Program-made: the position numbers and the translations under genes | Notes under the pieces: model-generated | The model's input: only the letters and a program-made list of their open reading frames with translations | What the model was told of the DNA's origin: nothing | Database searches by the model: none | Shown here: positions 12,017-24,974 of the stretch, one piece after another | Layout of the letters: each line of letters begins with the position of its first letter | Numbering within the stretch: the stretch's first letter is position 1 | Assembly (NCBI GenBank): GCA_024704765.1 | Contig: JAKMXF010000133.1 | Location: 558,001 to 622,000 of the forward strand | From: Oopsacas minuta | Lineage: Eukaryota; Animalia; Porifera | Direction of reading: 5' to 3' | DNA: 64,000 nucleotides

Positions 12017-14248
12017 ATGGAGAAGGTAAGGAGTAACAGTAATCCCAATGTCAAGAAGAGCAATGAACCGATAAAGATTGTGAAGGCAGAAGAATTGAAA
12101 ATCAGACAACTAAAAATGAGATCCAACTATTATACAATGTTCATGACGTTGCTCAACTTTTTCCTTGTATTTGCTGCAGGTCATTTCCGTGATTTCCTTC
12201 GGTTACTTGGCTATCTAAAGTGTGATACCAAGTTTGATAGCAAAAAGAATATCGCAGCTAAAATTCAACCAATAGTTGATGGATTCACTGCGTTTTACAT
12301 ACGCCATATAGCGATTTATGCTCACGACACTATGTGTCGGCCATTGTGTTCCACTCCTAGTGCAGAAATAGAAATCTGTGAGAGAAAAAGGCAAACTCAG
12401 TTTCATTCTACATATAAACAAACTGGGAGAATTTTAAAGTCACTCAATTTCGCATCTTATAATTATTTGGGTAAGTTACTTGCTACTATAACCTTACTAT
12501 ATGATAACTATTTCTGTGTTACCAATAGTGATTGTTACATTATTCTTATAACAAACTTTACCAATGTTTTCTAATGTAGGATTTGCTCAGAATAGAGGGC
12601 CTTGTGCAGAGGCATCGAAATCCGCAGTTGAGAAGTATGGAATAGGCATGGGATCTACAAGATCAGAAGTAGGGTCTATACAGCTACACACAGATTTGGA
12701 GAATCTTATAGCAGAATTCCTAGGAAAGGAAGATGCTATAACCTTCGGTATGGGGTTTATAACAAATGCTGGTAATATTCCAGCTATTCTAGGAAAAGGA
12801 TGTCTGTTGATGAGTGATGAATTGAATCATGCATCTATCATCTTGGGAAGTAAGCTAGGTGGAGTAAAAGTTCAAACTTTCAATCACAACGATATGGTGG
12901 ATTTTGAAAAGAAACTACGAAAAGTAAGTTTGTAATACATGTACTTATTTATTGTAATATAATTATACTAATAATACACTGCACTATCAGCACTTATCCG
13001 GCATTTTTACTGTGTCAACTAATACTATTTCATAATGCCTCAGTTCTAAAATGGTTGACGTAGTACTGCTATTCTATTGGTCAATACGTTCTATTAAATA
13101 TATATATATATACACACACTGATTTATCATATGATTAATCATATTTTCACACCTTTTTGGTGAACAATTCTAAATTATCCTAGAGTTAGCTTCAACTTGT
13201 TAAATAGGGGTAAACAGGGACGTAGAATTCGATTTTGACATTTTAACATAATAACAAAATTAGTAAAATTCAATTTATCTTTCTTTGTTAAAATGGATAT
13301 TTAGCGGAATAATATAGTTTCAATAATACACTAAAATTAATTTGGAGAATTTAAGTCAACACAGACTACGGAGATTTGAGATTTTTCAACATATATCATC
13401 GTTGCACACATGAGGTTGGTGTTTATCCGTTCCTATACTTATAGGCTGTAATAGAAGGTCAACCTAAAACAAGAAGGCCTTGGAAGAAGATAATAGTAAT
13501 AGTAGAAGGAATATACAGCATGGAAGGTACTATATCCTATATTCCTTCCTTAATAGCTCTGAAACAGAAATACAAGTTCTACATCTGGCTAGATGAGGCA
13601 CATAGCATTGGAGCAATGGGTCCTACAGGTAGAGGTGTGGTTGAGTACTGGGGCAGCGATGCAAACGAGATCGACATAATGATGGGCACGTTCTCTAAGA
13701 GCTTTGGAGCACATGGTGGTTATATCGCTTCTACCAAAGCTGTAGTGTCTCACATCCGTAGACAAACTCACACTAACTATGCATCTGCAATGACTCCCGG
13801 AGTAGCTATGCAGATATACTCAAGTCTGAGGATAATAATGGGTAGAGATGATAGATATCCTAATGACGGTCAGAGACGTATACGACAGCTGGCAGAGAAT
13901 ACTCGATATTTCCGTACTGAGCTCTATAAGAGAGGCTACGTCGTTGCCGGTGGAGATCATTCTCCTGTAGTACCAGTTTTATTAAACTACCCTGGGAAAG
14001 TAACCATCGCTTCTAGGTATATGCTTCTCAATGGAATCGCTATCACCATTGCCGCTCTCCCTGCAGTCCCAATAACCGAGTCAAGAATTCGCTTTTGTCT
14101 GTCGGCTAGCCATACAAGAGAAATGCTGGACTATTGTATAGAGAAACTTGATGAAGTGAATAGTATACTAAGTTTCAATTACTTCTCAAAGAATCCTATA
14201 CCTCCCATGCCTTATCCTCCACCTTTTGAGATAGTACAAAAGTGTTAA
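12017..14248 (+). CDS. SPTLC2: Serine palmitoyltransferase subunit 2-like, copy B (3 exons, about 533 aa)
   Basis: Exons 12017-12470, 12580-12923 and 13445-14248, with the same intron positions and phases as copy A. GTFSKSFG retained; PAVP replaces PATP. Confidence 0.9.
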
Positions 14249-14879
14249 AAGCAATTTTGTTTTAGAATTTGCTGAACTTTCCTAATTTATTATAGTCTTT
14301 TCGTACGCGTGTTTGTTTATATTAATCATAAGTATTTACTTTATACTCTATCAAACTTAAATACACTTGTAGGTGATATACAGAGTGAAGAACTTTTTGG
14401 TGCTATAACCACCGAATTTGTCGAGCACTGTTAAATAATGTGAACCCTCACCGCGCCAAACTCCAAATTCTTTTGTATTACATTCTTAGCTAATTTTGGG
14501 TATGGAAATAATATGTGAAGATAAATTAATTCAATCCTACCCAATATCCAGAAATTTGATAATATTAGTAATAATACAGTGTAGATTGGTTATGTATTCT
14601 ATTCTGTATATTGGAAGTGTTTGTATTACGTAATCACTTGATGGGAGTTATATCACTGTTCTAAAATTATCTCAAGTTGAGCTAGTTCTAAAAATAGTGT
14701 ATCTTAATTCATCCTCTCAATGTTTTCTTATTACTTTCATAACAGTTTATTTGTACGTAGCATTTATCAGGATACAAGTTCTATTTTTATACAATAATTG
14801 CTATATTCACTCAGTTTTAGATTATTCTACAAGCTTCTTACACTTTCTAAATTTTGTATATAAGCTACTTATATTCTGA

Positions 14880-15848
<969 letters not shown>

Positions 15849-17093
15849 CTAGCAAACAGTTCTTAAACTTTGTTCAGTAGTTCACTCTTAGTATAACTGT
15901 ATGTGCTATCTTTCATTTATATCATTATAACATATATTAAACCTTTCTATAACTACGTTCTATTTCTATTTCGTGGGGTAATATGGGAGATTGTATTGAA
16001 TGAAGAAAATACTGGTACATAGTACATACCCTATTTACGTATGGATTACCGAAAGCTGGACCTTTTGTATTTTTGTTACGTTTTTTACGGATGACCAAAT
16101 GGAGAACTGTTCACTGTTGCCAAAATCTGACAGTCGCATGTATACTACCCATTCTCATGACTTAATCTATACGTATTTTAATTCATTAACATTATTTGTA
16201 TGTGAGTTAGAACAAATGCATAGAAGTATGCATTACTAATAATCATCATTTTAAACCTACAAGCCATATGGATAATTGGTCAGACACGATTTCGTTGTGC
16301 GTTGGCTCAAACTTAATAATTATTTCATGGTTGAGTCCATCTTTATATATGATACCATATTTAGCCATTAATATTAATGTAATTTGTTGTAGCTTCATTG
16401 TATGTATAAAAGACTAAATAAACTAATGCGAAAATATAATAAATGGTTACAATACTTCATAATGTTAATTATGTCCAATATTTTTCATTTCAATTCATGT
16501 ATAAAGTCAGAGTATACACACAAAAGTTACAAATAATATTCGTATAATTAACAGTTTATATTGTTACATTAATCCTAGATTATGTTTGTATGTTTAAAGT
16601 TGTCAACTTTTGTACAAATCAATATCTATCCGTGAGATTTATAAGATCAGCTGAATTTAGCTAATTTTGAAGTGATATAGATGGCTAATACAAAATCTAC
16701 CCACCTTATAATGGCGTTCATTTGGTTATGAATAACTGTAAAACTTCAATTTTCAAGGAAATTTAAAGTGAGATTGTTTATAAATGCGTGACCCTCACTT
16801 CCGTGAGACTTGATAACTATGAGTATTGTACCATACGGTCATGGCACTACAATAAATATTTTACACATCCAATATCGAGGGTTGGAGATAGCGGATAGAA
16901 ACAGTAATTTGAATGCGATTTGGCCTGATCACACTCATATATATTGAATTCATACTCGTAATATTCGGTTCCATCTTTCTTAGCTGGTAGAAATGGGAAG
17001 AATATATCAAATATGATTGTCTATAAAATCACATATACGTACAAGGAATTAAATAATCTTATCTAAAACTAATTTATAGTCAGCTCCCGTAGA

Positions 17094-17780
17094 ATGGAAA
17101 CGAATGCCAACGTAGATGTAGTTAAATCAGAGCTACATAATACAAAGGCCGCGTTATCTATTGTACCAAATGGAGGAGGTGAGTTCCAAAATAACAACTC
17201 AAACACTGAGTATATTACGAAAGAGCAGGAAAGTTATGCTAAAGGATTTGATGAAGCTCTACAGAGTATTCATTTTAAAGAACAATTCCAATTATCTGAC
17301 CCCACAAATGCAGCTCCATCTCTCCAAAATGATTATTTTTCATCCGATTTTTTCAAACAAAATAGCACAACTCCAAATTTTGATAATTTACAAACATTAT
17401 TCCAAGGAGCTAAAAACTCAATTGCTCGCTCCAAATCATATGGTTATATAAGTCCTTATGGAGAAGATATGAATAGTCAAGATCCTCTTTCGATATATCC
17501 AAACTATGATCCTATACCCAACTTCCCTCCCTTCCATTTTATCACAGATATGGAAGAGCAAGAACATCTAAAACGAGAAAGAAAGCGAATTAGGAACAGG
17601 CTAGCTGCTTCAAAATGTCGTAAGAAAAGACTCGAGAGAGAAGCTAGATTAGAAGAAAATGTAAAATCCATAGAGGACGATTTCTTAGAATTGAAAAACC
17701 GTAAATTAATATTGGAAAAAGAGGTATTAGAACTGAAAAACACAATTCAATCTCACAGTCAAGAAGGCTGCAATGTTTAA
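17094..17780 (+). CDS. JUN: bZIP transcription factor, Jun (AP-1) family, intronless
   Basis: EQESYAKGFDEAL (conserved Jun segment) and basic region ERKRIRNRLAASKCRKKRLERE.RLEE.VK with leucine zipper. Confidence 0.88.
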   Translation: METNANVDVVKSELHNTKAALSIVPNGGGEFQNNNSNTEYITKEQESYAKGFDEALQSIHFKEQFQLSDPTNAAPSLQNDYFSSDFFKQNSTTPNFDNLQTLFQGAKNSIARSKSYGYISPYGEDMNSQDPLSIYPNYDPIPNFPPFHFITDMEEQEHLKRERKRIRNRLAASKCRKKRLEREARLEENVKSIEDDFLELKNRKLILEKEVLELKNTIQSHSQEGCNV

Positions 17781-17984
17781 AACCTCACACAATTCAGCAA
17801 ATCCTTCCTATTAAATACATTAATATCTTTACAATAATTTAATTCTGGCAATAATTCAGGAATGTATTTTCACTTTATATCACTTGTCATTCTCCTCATA
17901 TTGATATTCATGCTGTCTACTTCATTTTACTAAATTTATTATAAACAGTGCTGTAACATATTTTCTATAATATTTGCCTAATAA

Positions 17985-18152
17985 TATAGTCAAACTTTGG
18001 TTATAACAAAGTGATTCTTTCCCCCCCCTAGAGCGTGAAAGTAACTGATTTTATAACCAGGGAGAATGGAGTAATGAGTCTTCAGCGAGTCATTCATTTC
18101 AATGATTTGTGAAAAGCGCAAGCACTTCGTTATAACTAGAGTTTACTCTATA
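17985..18152. mobile_element. pogo/Tc1-like MITE (imperfect terminal inverted repeats, TA ends)
   Basis: Left TATAGTCAAACTTTGGTTATAACAAAGTG vs reverse complement of right end TAGAGTAAACTCTAGTTATAACGAAGTG. Same end family as 27685 and 52730. Confidence 0.7.
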
Positions 18153-18513
18153 CTTACATGAATTCAATACTAAAGATATTTTGTGAATTTGCGATTTCGG
18201 TTACATGTATCTATCGAATTAAACACTCATAGCTTTGATTATGGACTGTTGTGGTTGAGTTAGTGACTATAATATTCGTCCGTTCAATAGCTTAGACAAT
18301 TATATGTTGAATGGCAGAATCTTTTCTAGCCTTTTCTACCCAATTAAGCAGTATCCCTAATTAATTAACCGATTGAGCTCTATAGCCTACTTCAAAATAA
18401 GAGAGTTATCTTAACTAGTGTAAGATAATTGTTTTATTCCAATAATTTCTATAACAGCCCTCGATATTATATAATCAAATTATTAATAGCACTATAGTAA
18501 ATTGTAGATTGTG

Positions 18514-21500
18514 ATGAGCTGGTTAGCAGGGAGTAGTCTGTCAAGTATTAGGTCTCAGTTGTCAGAACTGACACGTGATGTCATCAATGAGACAGATGCA
18601 GACAGAGAGTCTTTAGAATCAGATTTTGAGCTAGCGAAGAGTAGGTTAGCAGAGTTAGAAGTTCTGAGGGAAAGTCAGAAGTCTGAAATACAGAATCTAA
18701 TGCTTAACAATCTTAACATGCAAGATAGAGCGGAGGCAGCTGAACTACAGGTAAGTTCATACCATCAGTGGCGGAACTAGGACTTTTTTTCCCCGGGCAC
18801 AACGCAACATCCAACAACCCATAAATTGAATTAAACTAACCCATTGCGTATAATGACGCTCAATATTAACATAAGGTGACACGGTCTGATTTTTGTTAAA
18901 AATATCGAATTAAGAATAATCTAGTATAAGAATTACACCTATATCAGATCTTAGCAACTCAGGGACAATTTTCATTTACCGGGGCCCCTACCTGGGCACA
19001 GGCCGGGTAGGCTCGTGTGTAGTTCCGCCACTGCATACCATATCCTTGTTGAGTTTCACCTCCAAAAGAGTCAATGTTATTAAATTCTGACTTCCAGGAA
19101 TCCTCCGGTCCGGCACTGCCCGGATAAGAGAGTTTTGAGGGTATATTGTATGATTTATGACGTATGCAACTAGGCTGCTACTGTGAGTAAAGAGTTCAGG
19201 AATGTAATAGTATCTCTGCAAGAAGAGCTAAAAGGAGTTACACTAGAGAATCATTCTCTCAAGGAGTATATGCGAGAACAGAATAACTCTAATAATCAAG
19301 ATGAAGACTCTATGAATGAGAGAGATTTAAAGAAGCAGGTTAGAGTATTCTATTCATACTATACAGCAGGGTTTCTCAACCTGTGAATATGTGACCACCA
19401 AACTTGGCCACACTGGGACCACAAATATTTTTATATGAATTTTGGTCAAGTTGAAGCTCCATGATCAAACAGGTCGAGCTGTGTGTGGCCATAGCCGCTG
19501 AGAGTTTGCTCTGTAATTTGCTAATACAAATTTATAGAATACGTATGTTATTATTCTTTTGTTAGATATCAGAGCTTAAAGAAGAGCTATCCAGACAGAA
19601 GCTGCAACACAGAGAAGAAGTAAACAAATCTGATAACAATGATAACAAACATACATATAGTGAAAAGGGTACTACCTCTCTACATTTGGAGAGAGGGAGA
19701 GGAGATGGAGTGGATTATGAGAATAATACGTTATCTACTGATAACACCATGGATACAGAAGTTATACAATATAGAACTGATAACGACCAACAGACAGAGG
19801 TATAACTTGCACGATTTGTCTACACAAAAAATTTCCTTTTTGTCAACATTTTCAAAACAAATATTATTTTATTAGGAACAATTAGAATATGATACTAGCA
19901 ATACTACTGCTGTAAATGATACAATATCTTGTCAGAGATTAGAGATAAAATTAGCTAAGGAGAGAGCACATAAAGAGAGATTACTCACACATCTAGAAGA
20001 GGTATCAGCTGACCATGATAAAGAGCTTATAAGGTGAAATAATTTGTTCAAATAATTCGGGATAACTATCTTAATAACAAGTTCTATTTGCTAATATATC
20101 TTATAGTTTGCTCGAAAAGATTTCTTCCTTGAATGAAGAGATACAAGAATTGAAGATGAGATTATCAAGTCAGAAAGATGAAGATACACACACAGATAAG
20201 AAATACAAAACAGTACACACACAGACTCTACCTATATCAGTAAATAACAACATTGATAAAACAAATAACAACAAGTTATCTGATGGTAGATTAATAGAAG
20301 AGGATAGCAAATGGCTTCAAGATGAGGTAATATATTAATTTGATGTATAATTTTTTAATAGTGTTTGCATTTGATCAGATTTGTATTAAAATAATTATTA
20401 CATACAAAGCATATTTGATCATTTATAATAATGGTCATGGTAACGATCTATTAATGGCTTAATTTTATCTGCGACGTTATCAGTTCTCTTCCTTGTGATT
20501 ACAGCCGTTACTATCTGACTACATTTGACTCTACACAGTCCCAATAACGTGTCCATTATTAGCAAGCTGTAGAGTAGGATAGACATCCCTTGATATATCA
20601 TGAAGGATATACCAGCAATTAATTCAATGTATGGGGATAGGATCGTATAATATGTTAAGATATTCTGTGGTATGTGTAGCTGTATTACATTAGCAGTTAT
20701 ATAAGAGAAATAACACGGATATTGAATTAATATTTCCAAAGCAAGTCCCCAGTCTGTGAAGAATACAGCTATTACCTTGCTAATGAGTAGAATTAGGAGA
20801 ATTATATTAGAAGTGAGGAATTGTTTGAGAATCAGATTTTTGTAATTATACACTATCATACTCCCATGGTGTTTTTCTTCATCTCTCATGCCTTTCAAAA
20901 CTCGGTAAAATCTTATTGAATAAACGACGTAACGCTTAATATCGTATATAAGATAAAACTTCGCCAGAAACCAAAAACAAATCACTGAAGTTTCAAAAAT
21001 ACTACTCACGATGAAAATGAGAATAAACCTGAATAAAATCCATGCTAGTCCTTTTAACACTACCTTTTTGCAGCTACAAGATAAGTAAGATATATACAAC
21101 ATCTCTAGTAACAGATTTATTATAGCGTATAGGATTAAGTGTATTGATTTTGATACACGTATCGGTACATGTATCCACCATCCTGATAAACTTTTGAGGC
21201 TAGTAATCGCTGGTTGAGTGAGAGTACAATTCTCTGTTAGATGATAATCTGTTAGAAACGTACTGTTATAATGTGAATAAGAAATATTGAAAGTAACTGC
21301 AGTGAAACTCTGAAAACCTTCTAAGAAAAGTATGAAAATTAAGAAATAATTGATTTTAGATGTTAGTTTAAAATTTTTGAATAAAGAAACATATTTTGGG
21401 TCTATTGATGTATTTAGTCTTTTACACTGCTTCAGAATATCGATTTGTTTAAGTATAAATATAATTATAACAAGAAAAGTGACAATAGAGAATATGTAGA

Positions 21501-23068
21501 ATGAAATATTCGAAATTTTATTTATTATAGCATTTACACTGTTAACAAACATTGCTTTATCTTCAAATAGATGTTTACAGCCAATAAATCAGTATTTAAA
21601 CTGATAGGATTGTCAATGGTATATTTACGGGATATTATTCAACTCTAGTTAAGTTTCAAAATAAACCAATTGATTAAACTTTAGCAAACCTTTTTAATCA
21701 TATTAAGTCACTTCCTATTGAATTCTCCTCAAATTACTGTTGTGGCAATAAAATGAAAGCAGAATATTACATGACATTATAAGATAAATGGGTAATGCCC
21801 ATAATTTATATCATAGCAAAGTTTGCTATAATAAGTTCTCCCAAGGGAGGTATAAGATTATAAATACATAACAATTGTAAGGTAATGAATCATAGCTAGT
21901 TAATAATAGAGATACCATCAACTCCAGTTATTCGAAGTAATTATCGCGGTCCCTTGAACGATAACGGGAGTTTTCTGTAATGAATATACGTAAGAATATA
22001 TTTTGAATTATTTTACTCTTCGAGGTTAAGAAGCTATCAACACAGCTCCGCTCCACGAATCTCCAGATAGAGTCTCTAACCAGAGAGAGGGAGACTAAAC
22101 AGAGAGTGTTAGAGAATCTCCAGCTAACTGTAAGACAGCTAGAGAGAGAGAATGACTCTCTACGCTCTCAATCTGTTAATACGTGGAGAGAACAGGTACA
22201 GACTTATCAAAAAGAGTCTGAGAGGTTGAACAGAGAATTGAATCAGCTGAGAGGAAGATGTGAGTTGTTAGAGAAAGAGAAAAGTCAACAGCTGACAGCT
22301 AGTGACGTGTACTCAGCTGTTACAGCAGGTGGGAGAGAGATGAGTGGTCCACAAGAATACCTTGAAGCTGAGCTTCTTAGGCTCAAAGGAGAATTACACA
22401 GGTTTGTATATCATAAAATGATACAGTGGATGCCGATTATAAGAACACCGGATATAAGCCCATCCTCTGGAAACCGGTTCACATATATTCCTGTATATTT
22501 ATCCGGTTATAAGAACATGTATTGCTACTCCCAATGGGGTTCTTATAACCGGCATCTTCTGTATTACATAATTATACACAAATTCATAAAGCTATTGTTT
22601 GATTAGCTTGCTTGACATATACGTACATTATCCTCCATTAGGTTAGTTCTGGAGAAGAATGGTATGGTTAATAGAGAGCAAACTCGTGTGTTACTACTAG
22701 ACTACCTAAACTCTCCATCTTCATCTACTATGCTACAAAGATTGTCTGAACACCTAGCATTGAGTAGAGAAGGCATAGAGATTATCAGTAGAATAACACT
22801 AAGAGAAGCTAAGCAGATTAATAATATTGAAACCCTGTCAACAAAAACGAACGTTAAATCATTCTCTCAGTTATTTGTTGAGTTTCTAATGCAAGAATCA
22901 AATCCCCAACTAGCCAATAATATAGTTAAGAAAGAGCCAATTATTCAATCAGCTAAACCTAATTACCCAAGAGATAGAGATGAGAGACCATCACTCGCTG
23001 TAGCTTCTCTAGGCCCTACACCTGCAGAAATATCAAAAGTATTATTAACAGCCCCTTTACAAATGTAA
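18514..23068 (+). CDS. TRIP11: TRIP11/GMAP-210-like golgin, short form (7 exons, about 605 aa)
   Basis: Exons 18514-18750, 19174-19338, 19566-19799, 19876-20033, 20107-20326, 22025-22401 and 22642-23068 splice in frame (1818 nt). ALPS-like N-terminus MSWLAGSSLSSIRSQLSELTRDV, coiled coils, GRAB-like region and SFSQLFVEFLMQES (GA1 motif). Confidence 0.82.
18766..19033. mobile_element. hAT-superfamily non-autonomous element (268 bp) in TRIP11 intron 1
   Basis: Perfect 14-bp TIR CAGTGGCGGAACTA / TAGTTCCGCCACTG flanked by an exact 8-bp target-site duplication CATACCAT (18758-18765 and 19034-19041). Confidence 0.92.
20419..21552 (-). CDS. Seven-transmembrane (GPCR-like) protein nested antisense in TRIP11 intron 5
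   Basis: 377-aa intronless ORF with seven hydrophobic segments and N-glycosylation sequons (NISY, NSTF, NCTL) in the loop after TM2. Lies wholly in intron 20327-22024. Confidence 0.75.
   Translation of the reverse strand: MFVNSVNAIINKISNISFYIFSIVTFLVIIIFILKQIDILKQCKRLNTSIDPKYVSLFKNFKLTSKINYFLIFILFLEGFQSFTAVTFNISYSHYNSTFLTDYHLTENCTLTQPAITSLKSLSGWWIHVPIRVSKSIHLILYAIINLLLEMLYISYLSCSCKKVVLKGLAWILFRFILIFIVSSIFETSVICFWFLAKFYLIYDIKRYVVYSIRFYRVLKGMRDEEKHHGSMIVYNYKNLILKQFLTSNIILLILLISKVIAVFFTDWGLALEILIQYPCYFSYITANVIQLHIPQNILTYYTILSPYIELIAGISFMIYQGMSILLYSLLIMDTLLGLCRVKCSQIVTAVITRKRTDNVADKIKPLIDRYHDHYYK
21913..21979. mobile_element. Degenerate tiny MITE, relative of the 25842 element
   Basis: Shares the core TCGAAGTAATTATCG.GGTC.CTTGAAC and end GGGAGTT..CTGTA with 25842-25913 and 48869-48922. 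Confidence 0.55.
22422..22563. mobile_element. pogo/Tc1-like MITE in TRIP11 intron 6
   Basis: TACAGTGGATGCCGATTATAAGAAC vs reverse complement of right end TACAGAAGATGCCGGTTATAAGAAC; TA at both ends. Confidence 0.8.
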
Positions 23069-23101
23069 TGCTCAATTATATAACCTGAATAGTAGTGTAT
23101 G

Positions 23102-23105
<4 letters not shown>

Positions 23106-23144
<39 letters not shown>
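23106..23144. repeat. (TA)n microsatellite, about 19 units
   Basis: Pure TA run just downstream of the TRIP11 stop codon. Confidence 0.95.
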
Positions 23145-23147
<3 letters not shown>

Positions 23148-23508
23148 GAATTGTTAAAAACCCATCACCAGCTTACAATTGTGTAGTAATTGGATTGAAT
23201 TACAATTAAATAATTACCTCAGCAACCCCGTACTATCTTATAAGGTTTTCCGTTAATAACAATATTGTATAAGTCTTACTGGACTGTAACAGTGATCTGA
23301 ATTCTCTAGAACTGATCTAAATCCCCGATGGTTCTAAGTAGTAGATATACGTAACCAAAATGCGACAATCAACAACCTGAGATTCCTAATAAGTTCGAAA
23401 ACTTTAAACCACATTCATAAGATACATATTAGGCTGTAATTATATTTCATATAAAGAAGTTTATTTATTAGATGAGAATAATATGACACCAACCTAAAAT
23501 ATTTCTCA

Positions 23509-24897
23509 ATGGTGTTCAAAGGATATTTGAATTTCCTGAATGCTTCTAGCTATAAATTGAGGAGAAGTAATTCAGAATCTACCTGTATGAAGAAATGGGA
23601 CCGTTCTTTCCCAGAGATAATTGCACCATACCATAAGGTAGTTTTATCGATAGAATTCGGTCATATTTTATCATGGATAAATCCTAGAGCATCTGCAAGA
23701 GTTGATTATACACTTGTAGGCCTGGATATTTCTCAAAACGATTTAGTTACATTCACAATAATAGCTCAAGTTGTGAATTGTAAGCCATCACTCATAATAC
23801 ACTGGAATAGTGTAGGACAGATTAATAACCTGTGTTTGTTACCATTCGATACTTCTACTCCTTGTTCGCCCTCAAGGATTGGTTGGGTACAGGGGGGTAA
23901 TGTCGCTGTAGGGATATTCCAACACGCTGAACAGGTTTCTCAGAGAGATCTGTATTCAGAAACAGGGGTAGAAGGTGAATGGGGATCTCACTGGATGTCT
24001 ATGTATAAACCTGTATTAAATGGATTATGCTTGATACCAAATAAAGTTGGTAAATCATATCTTACACTACCAGGCTCACATGATAGTGGTACTTACTCAA
24101 TGCAAAGTGGTTGGTCAGTACCATGGACGAAAACACAGGATCTTGATCTGTACAGTCAACTTATGTGTGGAACTAGAAGTTTAGATTTCAGAACAGGTTA
24201 CAATCCTGGTAAGACAGGAGAGGGCAGATTTGTGTTAGTGCATAACGTATTTGAGACACGGGTTAGTCTAAGAGAAGCACTTGAACTGGTTAAGCAGTTC
24301 AGTGAAGAACACCCTTCAGAAATCGTAATTATAGATTTCCATCATTTCGTTAACCTCAAAACACACACTTTCCATGTGTCACAAGAAATTAGGGATGAAA
24401 TAGCAACTATCGTTAAAGAAAATTTGTATGGTATGTTGATAGCAAGATCCAATATGGGCGATACTCTAGCAGAGATATGGAATGGTAAACAGCGAATAAT
24501 CGCGGCTTTTAACACGGACACACAAGATGAGAGGATATGTTTTGGTGTACAACAACTATGGGCTGGTAGCTCAGTAACATTGAAGCCTCAACTCAAAGAG
24601 TTCATAGGTTACACGTTATCTAACCAATTACATATGGGTGCATTCAGTAGCGTTGAGACAGTGCTGCCTGCGATATTGCCTATATCCAGTGAGGTTATAG
24701 AGAGGAAATTCTGGGTACCTACTCTCACACCCGAAGTGTCTCTATGGTACAACCCAGGGTCTAATTGGGCTCTGAAATCTAACATTATTGCAGTAGACTT
24801 TATTGAGAGAACTAATCTACCTCAGTTAGCAATTACATCTAGCTTATTGAAGGGTTGTAATCTTGTACAGGTAACAACTAAACAAACAGATGGATAA
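23509..24897 (+). CDS. PI-PLC X-domain protein (bacterial-type phosphatidylinositol phosphodiesterase fold) with an unrecognised N-terminal region
   Basis: LTLPGSHDSG (catalytic His), TQDLDLYSQL.CG.RSLDFR, LVH (second His), HPSEIVIIDF and NIIAVDF. Single exon. Confidence 0.85.
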   Translation: MVFKGYLNFLNASSYKLRRSNSESTCMKKWDRSFPEIIAPYHKVVLSIEFGHILSWINPRASARVDYTLVGLDISQNDLVTFTIIAQVVNCKPSLIIHWNSVGQINNLCLLPFDTSTPCSPSRIGWVQGGNVAVGIFQHAEQVSQRDLYSETGVEGEWGSHWMSMYKPVLNGLCLIPNKVGKSYLTLPGSHDSGTYSMQSGWSVPWTKTQDLDLYSQLMCGTRSLDFRTGYNPGKTGEGRFVLVHNVFETRVSLREALELVKQFSEEHPSEIVIIDFHHFVNLKTHTFHVSQEIRDEIATIVKENLYGMLIARSNMGDTLAEIWNGKQRIIAAFNTDTQDERICFGVQQLWAGSSVTLKPQLKEFIGYTLSNQLHMGAFSSVETVLPAILPISSEVIERKFWVPTLTPEVSLWYNPGSNWALKSNIIAVDFIERTNLPQLAITSSLLKGCNLVQVTTKQTDG

Positions 24898-24974
24898 CTA
24901 TACAATTTATAAATACTACATCAGCATGTTAATATGTATGTTTATGTGTTTTGTTCATTTTATAATTATGACCA

